From positions 128,001 to 192,000 of IMG/VR virus record IMGVR_UViG_3300038345_000251: a DNA stretch of 64,000 bases, one strand, 5' to 3'. Within the stretch, counting starts at the first letter, position 1, and every line of letters begins with the position of its first letter. The notes under the pieces were generated by a model. That model made no database searches and was not told the origin of the DNA. It saw only the letters and a program-made list of their open reading frames with translations. Below are positions 47,738 through 58,259 of the stretch, in pieces. The translations under genes and the position numbers were made by a program. Origin of the DNA: a virus (lineage: Duplodnaviria; Heunggongvirae; Uroviricota; Caudoviricetes).

Positions 47738-48127
47738 ATGGCTTTAACACAACGATTCGGGGTTAAATATCCCTTTTCAAGTAATAATCTTGATGAAATA
47801 TACATTGATTTAAATGAAACACTTACTGATAGAGTAAAGTCAGAAGTGTTACATGTTCTTTTTACGCCTAAAGGTCAAAAGTTAAGAAATCCAGATTTTG
47901 GAACGGATTTAATTAAATATTTGTTTGACCCTAAGGATGATACAAGTTTTGAAAGTGTTAAATCAAGTATAAAGATGGATATTGGAAAATATGTAAAAAA
48001 CATTGAATTTGAAGACATCAGAATTCTTCAAGATGAAAATGATGAAAGGGCTATTATCGTAGTTGTCGAATATAGTGTTGTCAAAGGAAATAAAAAAGAA
48101 AAAACAAAAGTAGCAGTAAAACTTTAA
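47738..48127 (+). CDS. Baseplate wedge subunit (T4 gp25-like)
   Basis: GVKYPF, LFTPKGQKLRNPDFGTDLIKYLFDP. Confidence 0.88.
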   Translation: MALTQRFGVKYPFSSNNLDEIYIDLNETLTDRVKSEVLHVLFTPKGQKLRNPDFGTDLIKYLFDPKDDTSFESVKSSIKMDIGKYVKNIEFEDIRILQDENDERAIIVVVEYSVVKGNKKEKTKVAVKL

Positions 48128-48130
48128 GTT

Positions 48131-50095
48131 ATGGAAAAGAAAATCAGTTATTTAAACAGGAATTATGAAGATTATCGTCAAGCATTAATTGACTTTTCAA
48201 AAAAATATTATGGTGATATGGAAATTGAATTCAACGATGCTTCTATTGCATCATGGTTAATTGATATTAATGCAGATATTGCGGATAATCTTAGTTATCA
48301 CATTGACAGGGTTTTTCAAGAAACTAATATTAATAGTGCAAATGAACGTGCATCATTATATGCATTAGCAAGGAACAATGGTTTTAAAGTACCTGGTCCA
48401 AAGGGTGCAATGGCTGAAGTAGAATTCAGTTGTTATATACCTATGAGTTCAACAACTAAAGAACCTGACTATGATTATGCACCGATTATTAGGAGAGGTA
48501 CTAAATTAGCAGGTGGTAATCAATTATTTGAATTGTTAGATGATGTTGATTTTTCATTACAATTTGATAGTAATGGTAATTCTAATAGAACAATTTATCC
48601 AATTGTTAATTCAAATGGTATTATAACACAATATAAAATTACAAAACTCGCTGTTGTTGTTGCTGGTGAAACTAAGATATATAAGAAAGTTGTTCGTGCA
48701 AGAGATATAGTTCCATTTATGGAGATTCTTATTCCAGAAACAAGTGTTATGAATGTTGAATCAATCGTTGTTAAAGATGGTGACAACTATATAACAAACC
48801 CTACTTATGGCGAATTTTACTATGATGGTGATGAAGAACAAAAATGTGAAATTCAAAATAAAAGAACGTATAGATATTTTGAAGTTGAATCTTTGGCACA
48901 ACAGTATAGATGGGGTGATGTTACAAATAAAGAAGGGAAAGCAGTAAGTCTTGTATATAATTATGTGTCAGGTAGTTCAGAATCAGAATACACATGGGTT
49001 ATACCAACATATTGTGTAACTAAAGGTAAATGGAAAGAAGTAAAACATAAGTTTATTACTGAATATACTGATAAAGGATATTTGAAGGTTATATTTGGTG
49101 CAGGTGTTGACCCTAATGTTGATATTGATATTACTGGTTCAGCAGATTTCTCAAAATTTCAGATTCAAAGAATTATTCAGAATGATAATTTAGGTTATTT
49201 ACCTAATCCGAATTCAACTGTATTCATTTTATATAGAAGTGGTGGTGGTAAGGCAAGTAATTTAGCACAAGGTGCAATTAATAATATTGTTTATCTTAAT
49301 GCTGAAATTGGTGGTAGTGATTCTTCAGTTAGAGAATCAGTTAAGAATACGATTTCTGTTGTTAGTACGACACCTTCAGTATCAGGTAAAGATATGCCAA
49401 CAGAACAGGAACTTAAATATTTAATTAAATATAATAGTGGTTCACAGAACAGATGTGTTACTGTTAAGGATTATGTTGCACAACTTTTAAAACTTCCACC
49501 AAGATATGGTACACCGTTTAGAGTTGGTGTTAATGAAGAAAATAATAAAATTATGCTTTATCTTCTTGGCTTAGATTATCAAGGTAAACTTGATTCAACA
49601 CTTCCTACAGCATTGATTCAAAATGTAAGAGATTATATTGCTGCTTATAGAATGATTAACGATTATATTGAAATTAAATCTGGTAAAATTATTAATATTG
49701 GATTTGATGTAGATTTATATATTGATAAAAACTATAATAAATCAGATGTTATTGCTAATGTAATTACTGTTATAAGCAATTATATGGATGTCAATCAACA
49801 TATTATGGGTGATGATATATTTGTTGGTGATATACAGAAAGAAGTTTCTAAAGTTGATGGAGTATTGAATGTGATTAAATTAGAAGTTTATAATTATTTT
49901 GGTGGTAATAATGGTGTTTATTCACCAACAAGAACGACACAAGAAACTGATGGTGATGTTGAAGCAGTTGATACAGCATCAAGAATAAAAATTGATTTAG
50001 AAGCGTCTGATTGGATTGTTTATTCAGAAGGTGATTCAATGTTAGAGGTTAAATACCCTGAGAGCGATATACGTGTCCGTTGTAAAGTAAGATAA
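48131..50095 (+). CDS. Baseplate wedge protein (T4 gp6/J-like)
   Basis: YLNRNYE, LSYHID...QE, A.ER.S...LA...G, QNRCVT..DY. Confidence 0.85.
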   Translation: MEKKISYLNRNYEDYRQALIDFSKKYYGDMEIEFNDASIASWLIDINADIADNLSYHIDRVFQETNINSANERASLYALARNNGFKVPGPKGAMAEVEFSCYIPMSSTTKEPDYDYAPIIRRGTKLAGGNQLFELLDDVDFSLQFDSNGNSNRTIYPIVNSNGIITQYKITKLAVVVAGETKIYKKVVRARDIVPFMEILIPETSVMNVESIVVKDGDNYITNPTYGEFYYDGDEEQKCEIQNKRTYRYFEVESLAQQYRWGDVTNKEGKAVSLVYNYVSGSSESEYTWVIPTYCVTKGKWKEVKHKFITEYTDKGYLKVIFGAGVDPNVDIDITGSADFSKFQIQRIIQNDNLGYLPNPNSTVFILYRSGGGKASNLAQGAINNIVYLNAEIGGSDSSVRESVKNTISVVSTTPSVSGKDMPTEQELKYLIKYNSGSQNRCVTVKDYVAQLLKLPPRYGTPFRVGVNEENNKIMLYLLGLDYQGKLDSTLPTALIQNVRDYIAAYRMINDYIEIKSGKIINIGFDVDLYIDKNYNKSDVIANVITVISNYMDVNQHIMGDDIFVGDIQKEVSKVDGVLNVIKLEVYNYFGGNNGVYSPTRTTQETDGDVEAVDTASRIKIDLEASDWIVYSEGDSMLEVKYPESDIRVRCKVR

Positions 50096-50096
50096 T

Positions 50097-50348
50097 ATGA
50101 GTTGTAATTGTAAAGTAGCAAAACAAATAACATATTTAGAAAAAAAATATGGGCATAATATACCAGTATCTAAACAGTCACAAATTAGGTTTAGATTTAC
50201 TGAATTCCTTAAAAATTTATTAGTTATTTTTATAGGAATATTATTTTTGCCAATTATGATTTTACACATTTTGTTTGTGTTAATTTTTAAAAAAGATAAG
50301 AAAATAAGTATTAAGAAATTACTTAGATTAAAATATGTCAGAAACTAA
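50097..50348 (+). CDS. Small single-pass membrane protein
   Basis: Hydrophobic LLVIFIGILFLPIMILHILFVLIF followed by a basic tail; tightly coupled to both neighbours. Confidence 0.6.
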   Translation: MSCNCKVAKQITYLEKKYGHNIPVSKQSQIRFRFTEFLKNLLVIFIGILFLPIMILHILFVLIFKKDKKISIKKLLRLKYVRN

Positions 50349-53300
50349 TAAAACTTTAAGAATAAGAACAGAAGTTAATGGTAATGTTTCATCTTCATCA
50401 CTTGCAGTTGGTATTAACCAAACTTATGATACATTTGAAATTTTATCACTTAAATTAAGACAGTCTGATGTTTATAAATTACACTCTGCTAACTATGGCG
50501 TTATAGTTGGTAGAGTTCTTGCTAATGGTAATTTTGGTGTTCCAAACGCTAAGATTAGTATTTTCATTGAAGGAAACTTTGATGATGAGGAAATATCAAA
50601 TATCTACCCATATACATCAACTTCAAGTGAAGATAAAAATGGTGTTAGATATAATCTTTTACCAGATGAAAAAATAGATGATTGCCATCAAGTAGTAGGT
50701 ACATTTCCAAATAAAACTTATTTACTTGATAATGACGTTCTTATTGATGTTTTTGACACATATTATATTTATACAACCAGAACTAATAATTCAGGTGACT
50801 ATATTATTGCAGGTGTTCCTACAGGTGTTCAAACCTTACATATGGATTTGGATTTGTCAGATTGTGGTATTCTTTCTCAAAGACCAAGGGATTTTGTTTA
50901 TAAAGGATATACAATTGAACAATTTGAAAATGCTAATCAGTTTAAAACAGACACAAATTTAGCATCTTTAAGTCAGATATTCACACAAGACCAAGTTGTT
51001 AATGTTATTCCTTTTTGGGGAAATGAAAATCAAGGTGAAACAATAGGAATAACAAGAGCAGATATTAAAATTTCATTTAAATTTGAACCTACTTGTATTT
51101 TTATGGGTTCACTTGTTGCTGATAATTCATCTAACGGTATTTCAAAGAAATGTGTTCCTACTAATCAAATGGGGGCAATGGATGAACTTACAACAGGTGA
51201 AGGTACTATTGAAATGATTAGATATACACCTGGTGGTAATATTGAATCATTTAACATTAGGGGTACACAATTGGTTGACGGTAACGGTGTTTGGTGTTAT
51301 CAAATTCCAATGAATCTTGATTATATGATGACCGATGAATACGGTAATATGGTCCCAACTGATGACCCAGAAAAAGGTATTCCGACAAGAACACGTGTTC
51401 GTTTCAGGTTTTCAATGCAGGATATGGAAAAGAATACTGATAACTATTTTAGAGCAAAAGTATTAGTTCCACATAATCCACAAGATTTACCAGGGAATTC
51501 AGGTAAACATGAAGACTATGACTATGAATTTGGTTCAGAAACAAGAGAGGATTCATTTAGAGATTTGTTATGGAATAATGTATATACAGTAAAATCATAT
51601 ATACCAAGATTTCAAAAATCAAAAACGTCAAGACACACACAAAGGTTTACAGGTATTAAACATTGTAATTTCTATGGACAAAATAACCCTATGCCTTATA
51701 ATAACATAAGGATTAAGTTACCATTAATGTTTACAATTCTTTGTGCATTAATTAAATCATATATTAGAATTGTTTATATTGTAAACAACATATTTAATGC
51801 GTTAGTAAACATATTACAGAAACTTGCTAATATTGTTGAAGGAGCTTTACACGTTTTATCACTTGGTATTTATACAGTTGTAAAATGGCTTTCAAAGAAG
51901 ATTAGCAATAATGATTCTGCATTAGACATTAGTTCACGTATGATGCGTCCATTCAAAAGCATGAGATATGTTTCTGTTGCTGATGGATTGTGTCCAGACC
52001 TTGAAAATTGGTATTTTGCACCTGTAAGAAAAGCACTTAGAACTAACGATGTTGACCTTCTTCAACAAACACTTGATTATCTTGTTGGTAAAGAAGGTGA
52101 AGAAGCAGAAGACCAAAATATTCCATTAAAGGATAGTGGTGGTACAAGTGATTTACAATCTATTGATAAAACAAATACTGATTATGAAGATAAACAAGAA
52201 AAAGTTTGTCTTACAATATATACTGACTATCTTATTGCTTGTATAGAAATGGCATTGGCACAAGAATATAGAGTAATCAATTTTGATTTCTATAATGATT
52301 GGGTCAATGGTGTTATTTATATGCCAAGATGGATGCGTTTTGTCCGTCCAAAAAGAACCTTTTTATTTGGTTTAATTAAGATTAAACAAAAAATTAAGGC
52401 TTGTATGGATGATACTAAAATTTTCCATAAAACAAGATATTATGTACAACAATGTGCATTGGAATATAAAAAGAGTAAAGAGAATCTTTATACGGATATT
52501 ACCACATATAATGGATGTGTAAATAATAAACCAAAATCAAAGAAACAAAAATGCCATAAATCAAAACTTGCAAGAAAAAGATATGGTATATTTGGTGGGT
52601 CTAAATCAGGTAGAAGACCTGGTAATGGTGGTGTGGTACACGAAGATGAAACATCAAGAGGACAGTTTGTCTATTATTTAAAACCATGTGAGTGGAGAAG
52701 TCAGGCAAACAATAAGAAAACTGTTTTATTTGCTAATGATATTGTTCTTTTAGGTTCTTTACTTGAATGTAATTTATATGGTATTCCACAGGCATTTAAA
52801 TATTTAACCAGTTCATCATATATAATGCCAACTAACTTAGCATTGACTAATATGGATGATGAAGGTTATTTATATGCTGATAATGATGGTGTGATTTGTA
52901 GTAATACAAATAATGAAGTTGATGAAAGTAAGTCTGTTACACAAGTTGATAATAGTTATTCTGCATTAACAGAATATTATTCTAAAGCAGAAGAAGACCT
53001 TACATACGGTAAAACAGAAGGTGATGACCTTGGTGAAGTATTTGATGATATGATTCCTCTTACTGAAGCAGCAGGTATTGCATGGAACTATACGGGTCCA
53101 GGACAGGGTAAGAAGAGTGAATATGTTAATAAGAGTTTATATATGCCAGGAGGTCATTTCTTGGGTATAAGCTGTACTAATGCAGAAACAAACATTAAAT
53201 CTTGTGTAAATCTGGAACGTATTTGTGAAATTGGTTCAAATATGTCGCAAAGAAGGGAAGAAGTTAGAAAGATTGTAGGTACAACAAATGATTTTCAATA

Positions 53301-56300
53301 TAGATATTTTGTTCCGACAGGATTGATTGCAAATGATGAAATAAACGGTAGTTCGTTTAGAAGTATGTTTGCAACAATGAATCATAAAAGACTTCTTTGT
53401 GAAAATAGATTTGATGAAAAAACAGGTTATCCAATTTATGATTTTATTTATCTACGTCCAAACGGATTTGATGGTTCATTAAAAACTAAAACAAAAGATG
53501 TTGATTGGAATAAATCACTTAGTATACATGATGAATATAGTGAATTTCCTGATGTAGCAAAAGATGTTAATTATGATGTTAATGAAACAGCATATACACA
53601 TACAAGAACAATTGAAGAAACTAAAGAAGATTATTATAAGTTTAGATTTGGTCTTGATGATTTATCTTTAGAAGAACAACAAAAAAGATTTTTAAATTTT
53701 GATGGAAGTAATGTTTCATTACCACAATATGAAAATTCATTTTATTTCTATTTTGGTTTAAAAGATGGTTCTACAGCATTTGATGAATTTCTTAAACAAT
53801 TCTTCTCAGTTTGTGATACAACAAGTAGATTGAAGAATAAAATGGCACTTAATATGACATCTGAAGAAAAACATATGTGTAGTTTTACTTCAGATATTGT
53901 ATTAGAAGGATTACACGGTAATGGTATAATTACAGGTAGATATGAATATTATGTAGATTGTGAAGAAGATGTGCAAGTTGTTAAATTACCTTCAAAACAG
54001 GCAGTAAATGGACAATTTGAATATCGTATATCTGATTTACCATTTGGTAATTATAAGTTTATTATTTCTGATGAAAATGACAACAGTATAACTAAGGAAT
54101 TTGAAATTGGTGCTGAAGTTATAACAAGTAAACTCACGTCAACCAATTTTGAGTTTAGAACTAAGAATTTAACAGAAAATACAATTGTTAGTTCAGGAAA
54201 ATCACTTGATTGTGGTTATATTGAAATTATGAATTTAACATACGATGGTAGAGTGTTTCCTGGAGATTTGACATGGGATGATATTAAGAGTAATTTGGTT
54301 ATTATCGAAAATAGTAGTAAAAAGTATTTTGGTGGTAACATTTCAAAAATACCAGAATGCTTTAGAAACGGATATACCCAAATTAATGCTGATGTAAGTG
54401 TTGAAGGAAAGATATATGTATGGAAAGCCGATGCTTCTTATGATGTTTATTTAACTTCATTAAATGGTGGCGGTTGTAATGGATATATGAATTTAGGTAC
54501 TGTTTATGTTGAAGGTATTGATAATTACGATTTATATCTTGGAAGTAAACTGTTACCATATAGTACAGAATTAGTGAATTATACAGGTGAATGGTGGAGA
54601 AATATAGGTGGTGATAGTTTAATTGATTGGGCTAAACGATACGCTTTATATAGAAGAACTGATTATAGTGCTGATACATTCACAAACAAGATATTTGCAG
54701 TAAATCTTAAAGATAAGGTAGTTGATACAGCATTATTTGGTGCTCCTGAATATGCTAATGGTTTTATGCTTAAAGTGTATTATGAAAACGATGATTTTAA
54801 TACAGGTGATACACAATATTCATTAACCGATTCATCGTTGTGGTCAACAAGTTTATCATCCGCAACCACGTTACCAAATGATGAAAGACAATTATTTGGT
54901 GAAATGGCAATTAATGGTAAAGCAATCGTTAGTGATAAGTTAGCTGTTGTTCCAATAACAGGTAGTGGATATACAGGTATTCGACCATATTTTGAAGCAA
55001 CTATCACTAATGATAAATTGAAAGATAAACATGGTTGCCTTGCAAAACTTGAAGATGGAACTATTCTTTATTGTGTGTACGATAAAGATAATAATCGTAC
55101 ACACAATAAAGATAATAATCGTTTCTCATTTGATGGTGATATGCCTGAAGATATTGTTGGTACAAATGTAAGCATATACCCTATATTCTATTATCCTGTA
55201 ATCAATAGACCATTTTATTCAAAAGTATATATTGCTACTTGGTTAAATCCAGATGTTATATTAGGAAATGATAGTAGTCTTAGTGTTGGATATGATGTAG
55301 AACAATTTATGTCTACATTTGATATATTTAATGGTTTAACATATGAAAATGAAGAACATGAAGGTAAAAAATTTGGTTTGCTAGAAATTCAAGAAGTCGA
55401 TTTTACTAAGTCAGGTAGAACACAAAATACTGATGCAACAGGTACTGAAACAGGTGGTAAACCTGAAGATGTAAAAGAAACATTTAATGTTTCAGGCGGT
55501 TCACGTTGGGAAAAAGATGAAAATAATGAAGATATATTTATTGAAGAAAAATATGGTAGTTATTCTTATACAATAAAAGAAAATGGACCGAAAAAACCTG
55601 AAGAAAGTGCTACTGAACAAGAAAAGGAAACATATAAGAAATTAACAACTCCTTATACAATCGAACTTAATACAATTGATGATATAACAAATATTACATT
55701 ACCTGATAGTATTAGTTACAGAATAGATACAGGTGCTAATGGAATTAGGTTTGTTAAAGATACAAATGATAGAAATACATATTATCTTGTAAAAGCTAAT
55801 ACGCCACTTGATGTTAAAGGATATGTTTATACTGTTGATGAAAATAATAGTAAACGTTATTTCCTTGCTTGTGTATTTGGACCGTTATCAGATAAAAAAT
55901 TAAAAGCAACATATAAAGACCCTGATGAAAATGATACAGTACAATATGTTAATAAACCAGGTGATTATGTTTTTGTCGAAGTTTATAGAGGAATTGCTTT
56001 ATATGGGTTAAAAATCCCTTATTACGATTCTAATAGAGCAGAGACAAAGAAATATAAAAACATAGTTAAAGGTTATTCTGATTCATTGACAGCAACTACT
56101 GATAATCCAGATGATTTTTGGAAACTTTATAATAGATTAACAGAAGATTTTGACATTACGCCATTGTTTACGTTTGATTGGAAAGATACTTCAGTAAAAG
56201 CAGTTGATGTATATAATACAATTAAAGATTTAAGCACAACTAAATGTAAAATAGACTTTACTGATGTTATTACTGATGATGATATTGACATCGAAATAGT

Positions 56301-58257
56301 TCAAAAAGGTGACGAAAATCGTGAACTTTTTGTTTGGGATAATGTTAAAGATTTTTACGTAGTTGGTTTTGAAACATTTGATAAAGATAATAGTAGGGAT
56401 GCTGATTGTTTTGAAAAGAATGTAAATGGTATGGGTAGTACTACTATCTATAGAATTTATGACGGTAAAAATCTCAAACAACTTCCAAACTACGATAGTG
56501 GTGCTATAGACCCTTACTTGTATATTGTACCAAGTGGTATAACAGGTATTTATCCACACCCTGACCAAGATGTTCCTGAACCTGAAGAAAGTGCATTTGT
56601 TTGGAATGACAGTCAGGCAGATAGGTTAACTATAGGTGAAGACCCTCAAATTCTTGCAACAGAACAAAGTAGAAGTAATATTGGATATAGTGTTACTGGT
56701 TATACTAATTTAAGAGGTGAAGCCAATAATGATTGGATAGAAACAGTTATATTAAGAGGTGGTAATTGTACAGTAAGTTTCAAGAAGAATGTTAATAATG
56801 GTGAGCAAACTCAGCCAAGAACAGGTACTGTAAGTATATTCTGTGATGAAGTTACTAATTCTATTGGTACACTTACGATTATACAACAAGGTGATGAAGG
56901 TAATAGATTCTATTGGGGTACTGAAGGTGAAGAAACAACAACAGGTACTACAGCAGAAACACAAGGACAATCAGTAACGTTAGATTATAGAGTTACAGGT
57001 TATACGAATTTACAAGGCGCACCTGCTGATTCTTGGGTGAAAGATATAGTATTCAACAATGGTGTATGTACTTTTACTGTTGAAGCAAATGAAGGTGATA
57101 GTGGAGAAAGAGATACAACTATTACAGTTAATAGTACACAACGTAATGGTATAGGAACAGTTAATGTACATCAAGACGGTGGTTCATATTTCTACTTTAT
57201 TGAAGGTGAAACTAAATTAACAACATCTGGCTGTGATGTATCTAATGCTACAACAACAGTAACAGGTAGTTATGATAGTACTTATGAAACATTAACATCT
57301 GCAACAACAAGTGATTGGATAACAGGTATTGTCTTTAATGATGATACATATACTGTAACATTTAATGATTATCTTTGGCCAGATGATGGAAGTTTATTAC
57401 GCCCAGTGAGAACAGGAACTATAGAAATATACGGTGATGGAAGTGAAGAACCTGTTGGAACGTTTACTGTAGAACAAGGCTTTACGTTAGAGTTTTATGT
57501 AAACGGTGATTGGGAAGATGCTGCACCTGATTATGAGTTTGATACATATACACAACAAACCGTTGAATTACAATATCGTTATAAACATTTAACAGGATTA
57601 AATGTTAATGCGGTTGTTGTAAATGAAGATGATGAAGATGTACCTTGTGATTGGATTACAAATCTTTCAATGGATGGTGAGTATATTAGGTTTACCGTTG
57701 CTGAAAATACAACTCAGGATGAACGTGAATGTTTCATTTTAATCAATTGTAACGAAGAAGAAGAAATTGATAGTATTATTGTTACACAACCAGGTGTACC
57801 GACAAGAACAGTAAGAGTTTCGTTTAATAACAATACGTGGAATATTACAAATATGTCAACACGAGTAACAGCACTTGAAACTGAAATTGGCTGTAATATA
57901 ACCGCACAAGGCGGTACAGGTTCTGCTGTTGGTAGAACATCACCAATGACAGAACAGGGTGGTAGTTATGATTTTACTTTTAATGGTATGTTAGAATATA
58001 CAGATGTTGTAACAGGACAAACAACGTTATATATGACACTTGTTTTCGAATCATCAAATGTAAGAAATATTCAAATTGTACCTACTGAAAACTGGGCTAA
58101 ATATGGTAATTATGGTACATATGTATTTAATGATGCAAGTAGTGGAGAAGGTAGTGAAGTAACAATACAAATGCATGTTAACGTACCACAAGGACTTAAT
58201 GATACAACAATAACAATAACAAGAGTTGATTGGGACTTGGAAGATAGACAAAATTAA
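50335..58257 (+). CDS. Giant baseplate/tail-fibre protein with C-terminal BACON-like Ig repeats
   Basis: 2640 aa; N-terminal carboxypeptidase-regulatory-like strand pattern (GVIVGRV...GVPNAKISIF; TNNSGDY...GVP.G); about 4 C-terminal WI....V..N....R.G.I.....VxQ repeats. Confidence 0.65.
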   Translation: MSETNKTLRIRTEVNGNVSSSSLAVGINQTYDTFEILSLKLRQSDVYKLHSANYGVIVGRVLANGNFGVPNAKISIFIEGNFDDEEISNIYPYTSTSSEDKNGVRYNLLPDEKIDDCHQVVGTFPNKTYLLDNDVLIDVFDTYYIYTTRTNNSGDYIIAGVPTGVQTLHMDLDLSDCGILSQRPRDFVYKGYTIEQFENANQFKTDTNLASLSQIFTQDQVVNVIPFWGNENQGETIGITRADIKISFKFEPTCIFMGSLVADNSSNGISKKCVPTNQMGAMDELTTGEGTIEMIRYTPGGNIESFNIRGTQLVDGNGVWCYQIPMNLDYMMTDEYGNMVPTDDPEKGIPTRTRVRFRFSMQDMEKNTDNYFRAKVLVPHNPQDLPGNSGKHEDYDYEFGSETREDSFRDLLWNNVYTVKSYIPRFQKSKTSRHTQRFTGIKHCNFYGQNNPMPYNNIRIKLPLMFTILCALIKSYIRIVYIVNNIFNALVNILQKLANIVEGALHVLSLGIYTVVKWLSKKISNNDSALDISSRMMRPFKSMRYVSVADGLCPDLENWYFAPVRKALRTNDVDLLQQTLDYLVGKEGEEAEDQNIPLKDSGGTSDLQSIDKTNTDYEDKQEKVCLTIYTDYLIACIEMALAQEYRVINFDFYNDWVNGVIYMPRWMRFVRPKRTFLFGLIKIKQKIKACMDDTKIFHKTRYYVQQCALEYKKSKENLYTDITTYNGCVNNKPKSKKQKCHKSKLARKRYGIFGGSKSGRRPGNGGVVHEDETSRGQFVYYLKPCEWRSQANNKKTVLFANDIVLLGSLLECNLYGIPQAFKYLTSSSYIMPTNLALTNMDDEGYLYADNDGVICSNTNNEVDESKSVTQVDNSYSALTEYYSKAEEDLTYGKTEGDDLGEVFDDMIPLTEAAGIAWNYTGPGQGKKSEYVNKSLYMPGGHFLGISCTNAETNIKSCVNLERICEIGSNMSQRREEVRKIVGTTNDFQYRYFVPTGLIANDEINGSSFRSMFATMNHKRLLCENRFDEKTGYPIYDFIYLRPNGFDGSLKTKTKDVDWNKSLSIHDEYSEFPDVAKDVNYDVNETAYTHTRTIEETKEDYYKFRFGLDDLSLEEQQKRFLNFDGSNVSLPQYENSFYFYFGLKDGSTAFDEFLKQFFSVCDTTSRLKNKMALNMTSEEKHMCSFTSDIVLEGLHGNGIITGRYEYYVDCEEDVQVVKLPSKQAVNGQFEYRISDLPFGNYKFIISDENDNSITKEFEIGAEVITSKLTSTNFEFRTKNLTENTIVSSGKSLDCGYIEIMNLTYDGRVFPGDLTWDDIKSNLVIIENSSKKYFGGNISKIPECFRNGYTQINADVSVEGKIYVWKADASYDVYLTSLNGGGCNGYMNLGTVYVEGIDNYDLYLGSKLLPYSTELVNYTGEWWRNIGGDSLIDWAKRYALYRRTDYSADTFTNKIFAVNLKDKVVDTALFGAPEYANGFMLKVYYENDDFNTGDTQYSLTDSSLWSTSLSSATTLPNDERQLFGEMAINGKAIVSDKLAVVPITGSGYTGIRPYFEATITNDKLKDKHGCLAKLEDGTILYCVYDKDNNRTHNKDNNRFSFDGDMPEDIVGTNVSIYPIFYYPVINRPFYSKVYIATWLNPDVILGNDSSLSVGYDVEQFMSTFDIFNGLTYENEEHEGKKFGLLEIQEVDFTKSGRTQNTDATGTETGGKPEDVKETFNVSGGSRWEKDENNEDIFIEEKYGSYSYTIKENGPKKPEESATEQEKETYKKLTTPYTIELNTIDDITNITLPDSISYRIDTGANGIRFVKDTNDRNTYYLVKANTPLDVKGYVYTVDENNSKRYFLACVFGPLSDKKLKATYKDPDENDTVQYVNKPGDYVFVEVYRGIALYGLKIPYYDSNRAETKKYKNIVKGYSDSLTATTDNPDDFWKLYNRLTEDFDITPLFTFDWKDTSVKAVDVYNTIKDLSTTKCKIDFTDVITDDDIDIEIVQKGDENRELFVWDNVKDFYVVGFETFDKDNSRDADCFEKNVNGMGSTTIYRIYDGKNLKQLPNYDSGAIDPYLYIVPSGITGIYPHPDQDVPEPEESAFVWNDSQADRLTIGEDPQILATEQSRSNIGYSVTGYTNLRGEANNDWIETVILRGGNCTVSFKKNVNNGEQTQPRTGTVSIFCDEVTNSIGTLTIIQQGDEGNRFYWGTEGEETTTGTTAETQGQSVTLDYRVTGYTNLQGAPADSWVKDIVFNNGVCTFTVEANEGDSGERDTTITVNSTQRNGIGTVNVHQDGGSYFYFIEGETKLTTSGCDVSNATTTVTGSYDSTYETLTSATTSDWITGIVFNDDTYTVTFNDYLWPDDGSLLRPVRTGTIEIYGDGSEEPVGTFTVEQGFTLEFYVNGDWEDAAPDYEFDTYTQQTVELQYRYKHLTGLNVNAVVVNEDDEDVPCDWITNLSMDGEYIRFTVAENTTQDERECFILINCNEEEEIDSIIVTQPGVPTRTVRVSFNNNTWNITNMSTRVTALETEIGCNITAQGGTGSAVGRTSPMTEQGGSYDFTFNGMLEYTDVVTGQTTLYMTLVFESSNVRNIQIVPTENWAKYGNYGTYVFNDASSGEGSEVTIQMHVNVPQGLNDTTITITRVDWDLEDRQN

Positions 58258-58259
58258 AT

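Noticed and set aside
55082-55122. 17-nt direct repeat ATAAAGATAATAATCGT in the giant fibre gene
   Set aside because: Small in-frame duplication (KDNNR twice); no sign of a mobile element or regulatory role
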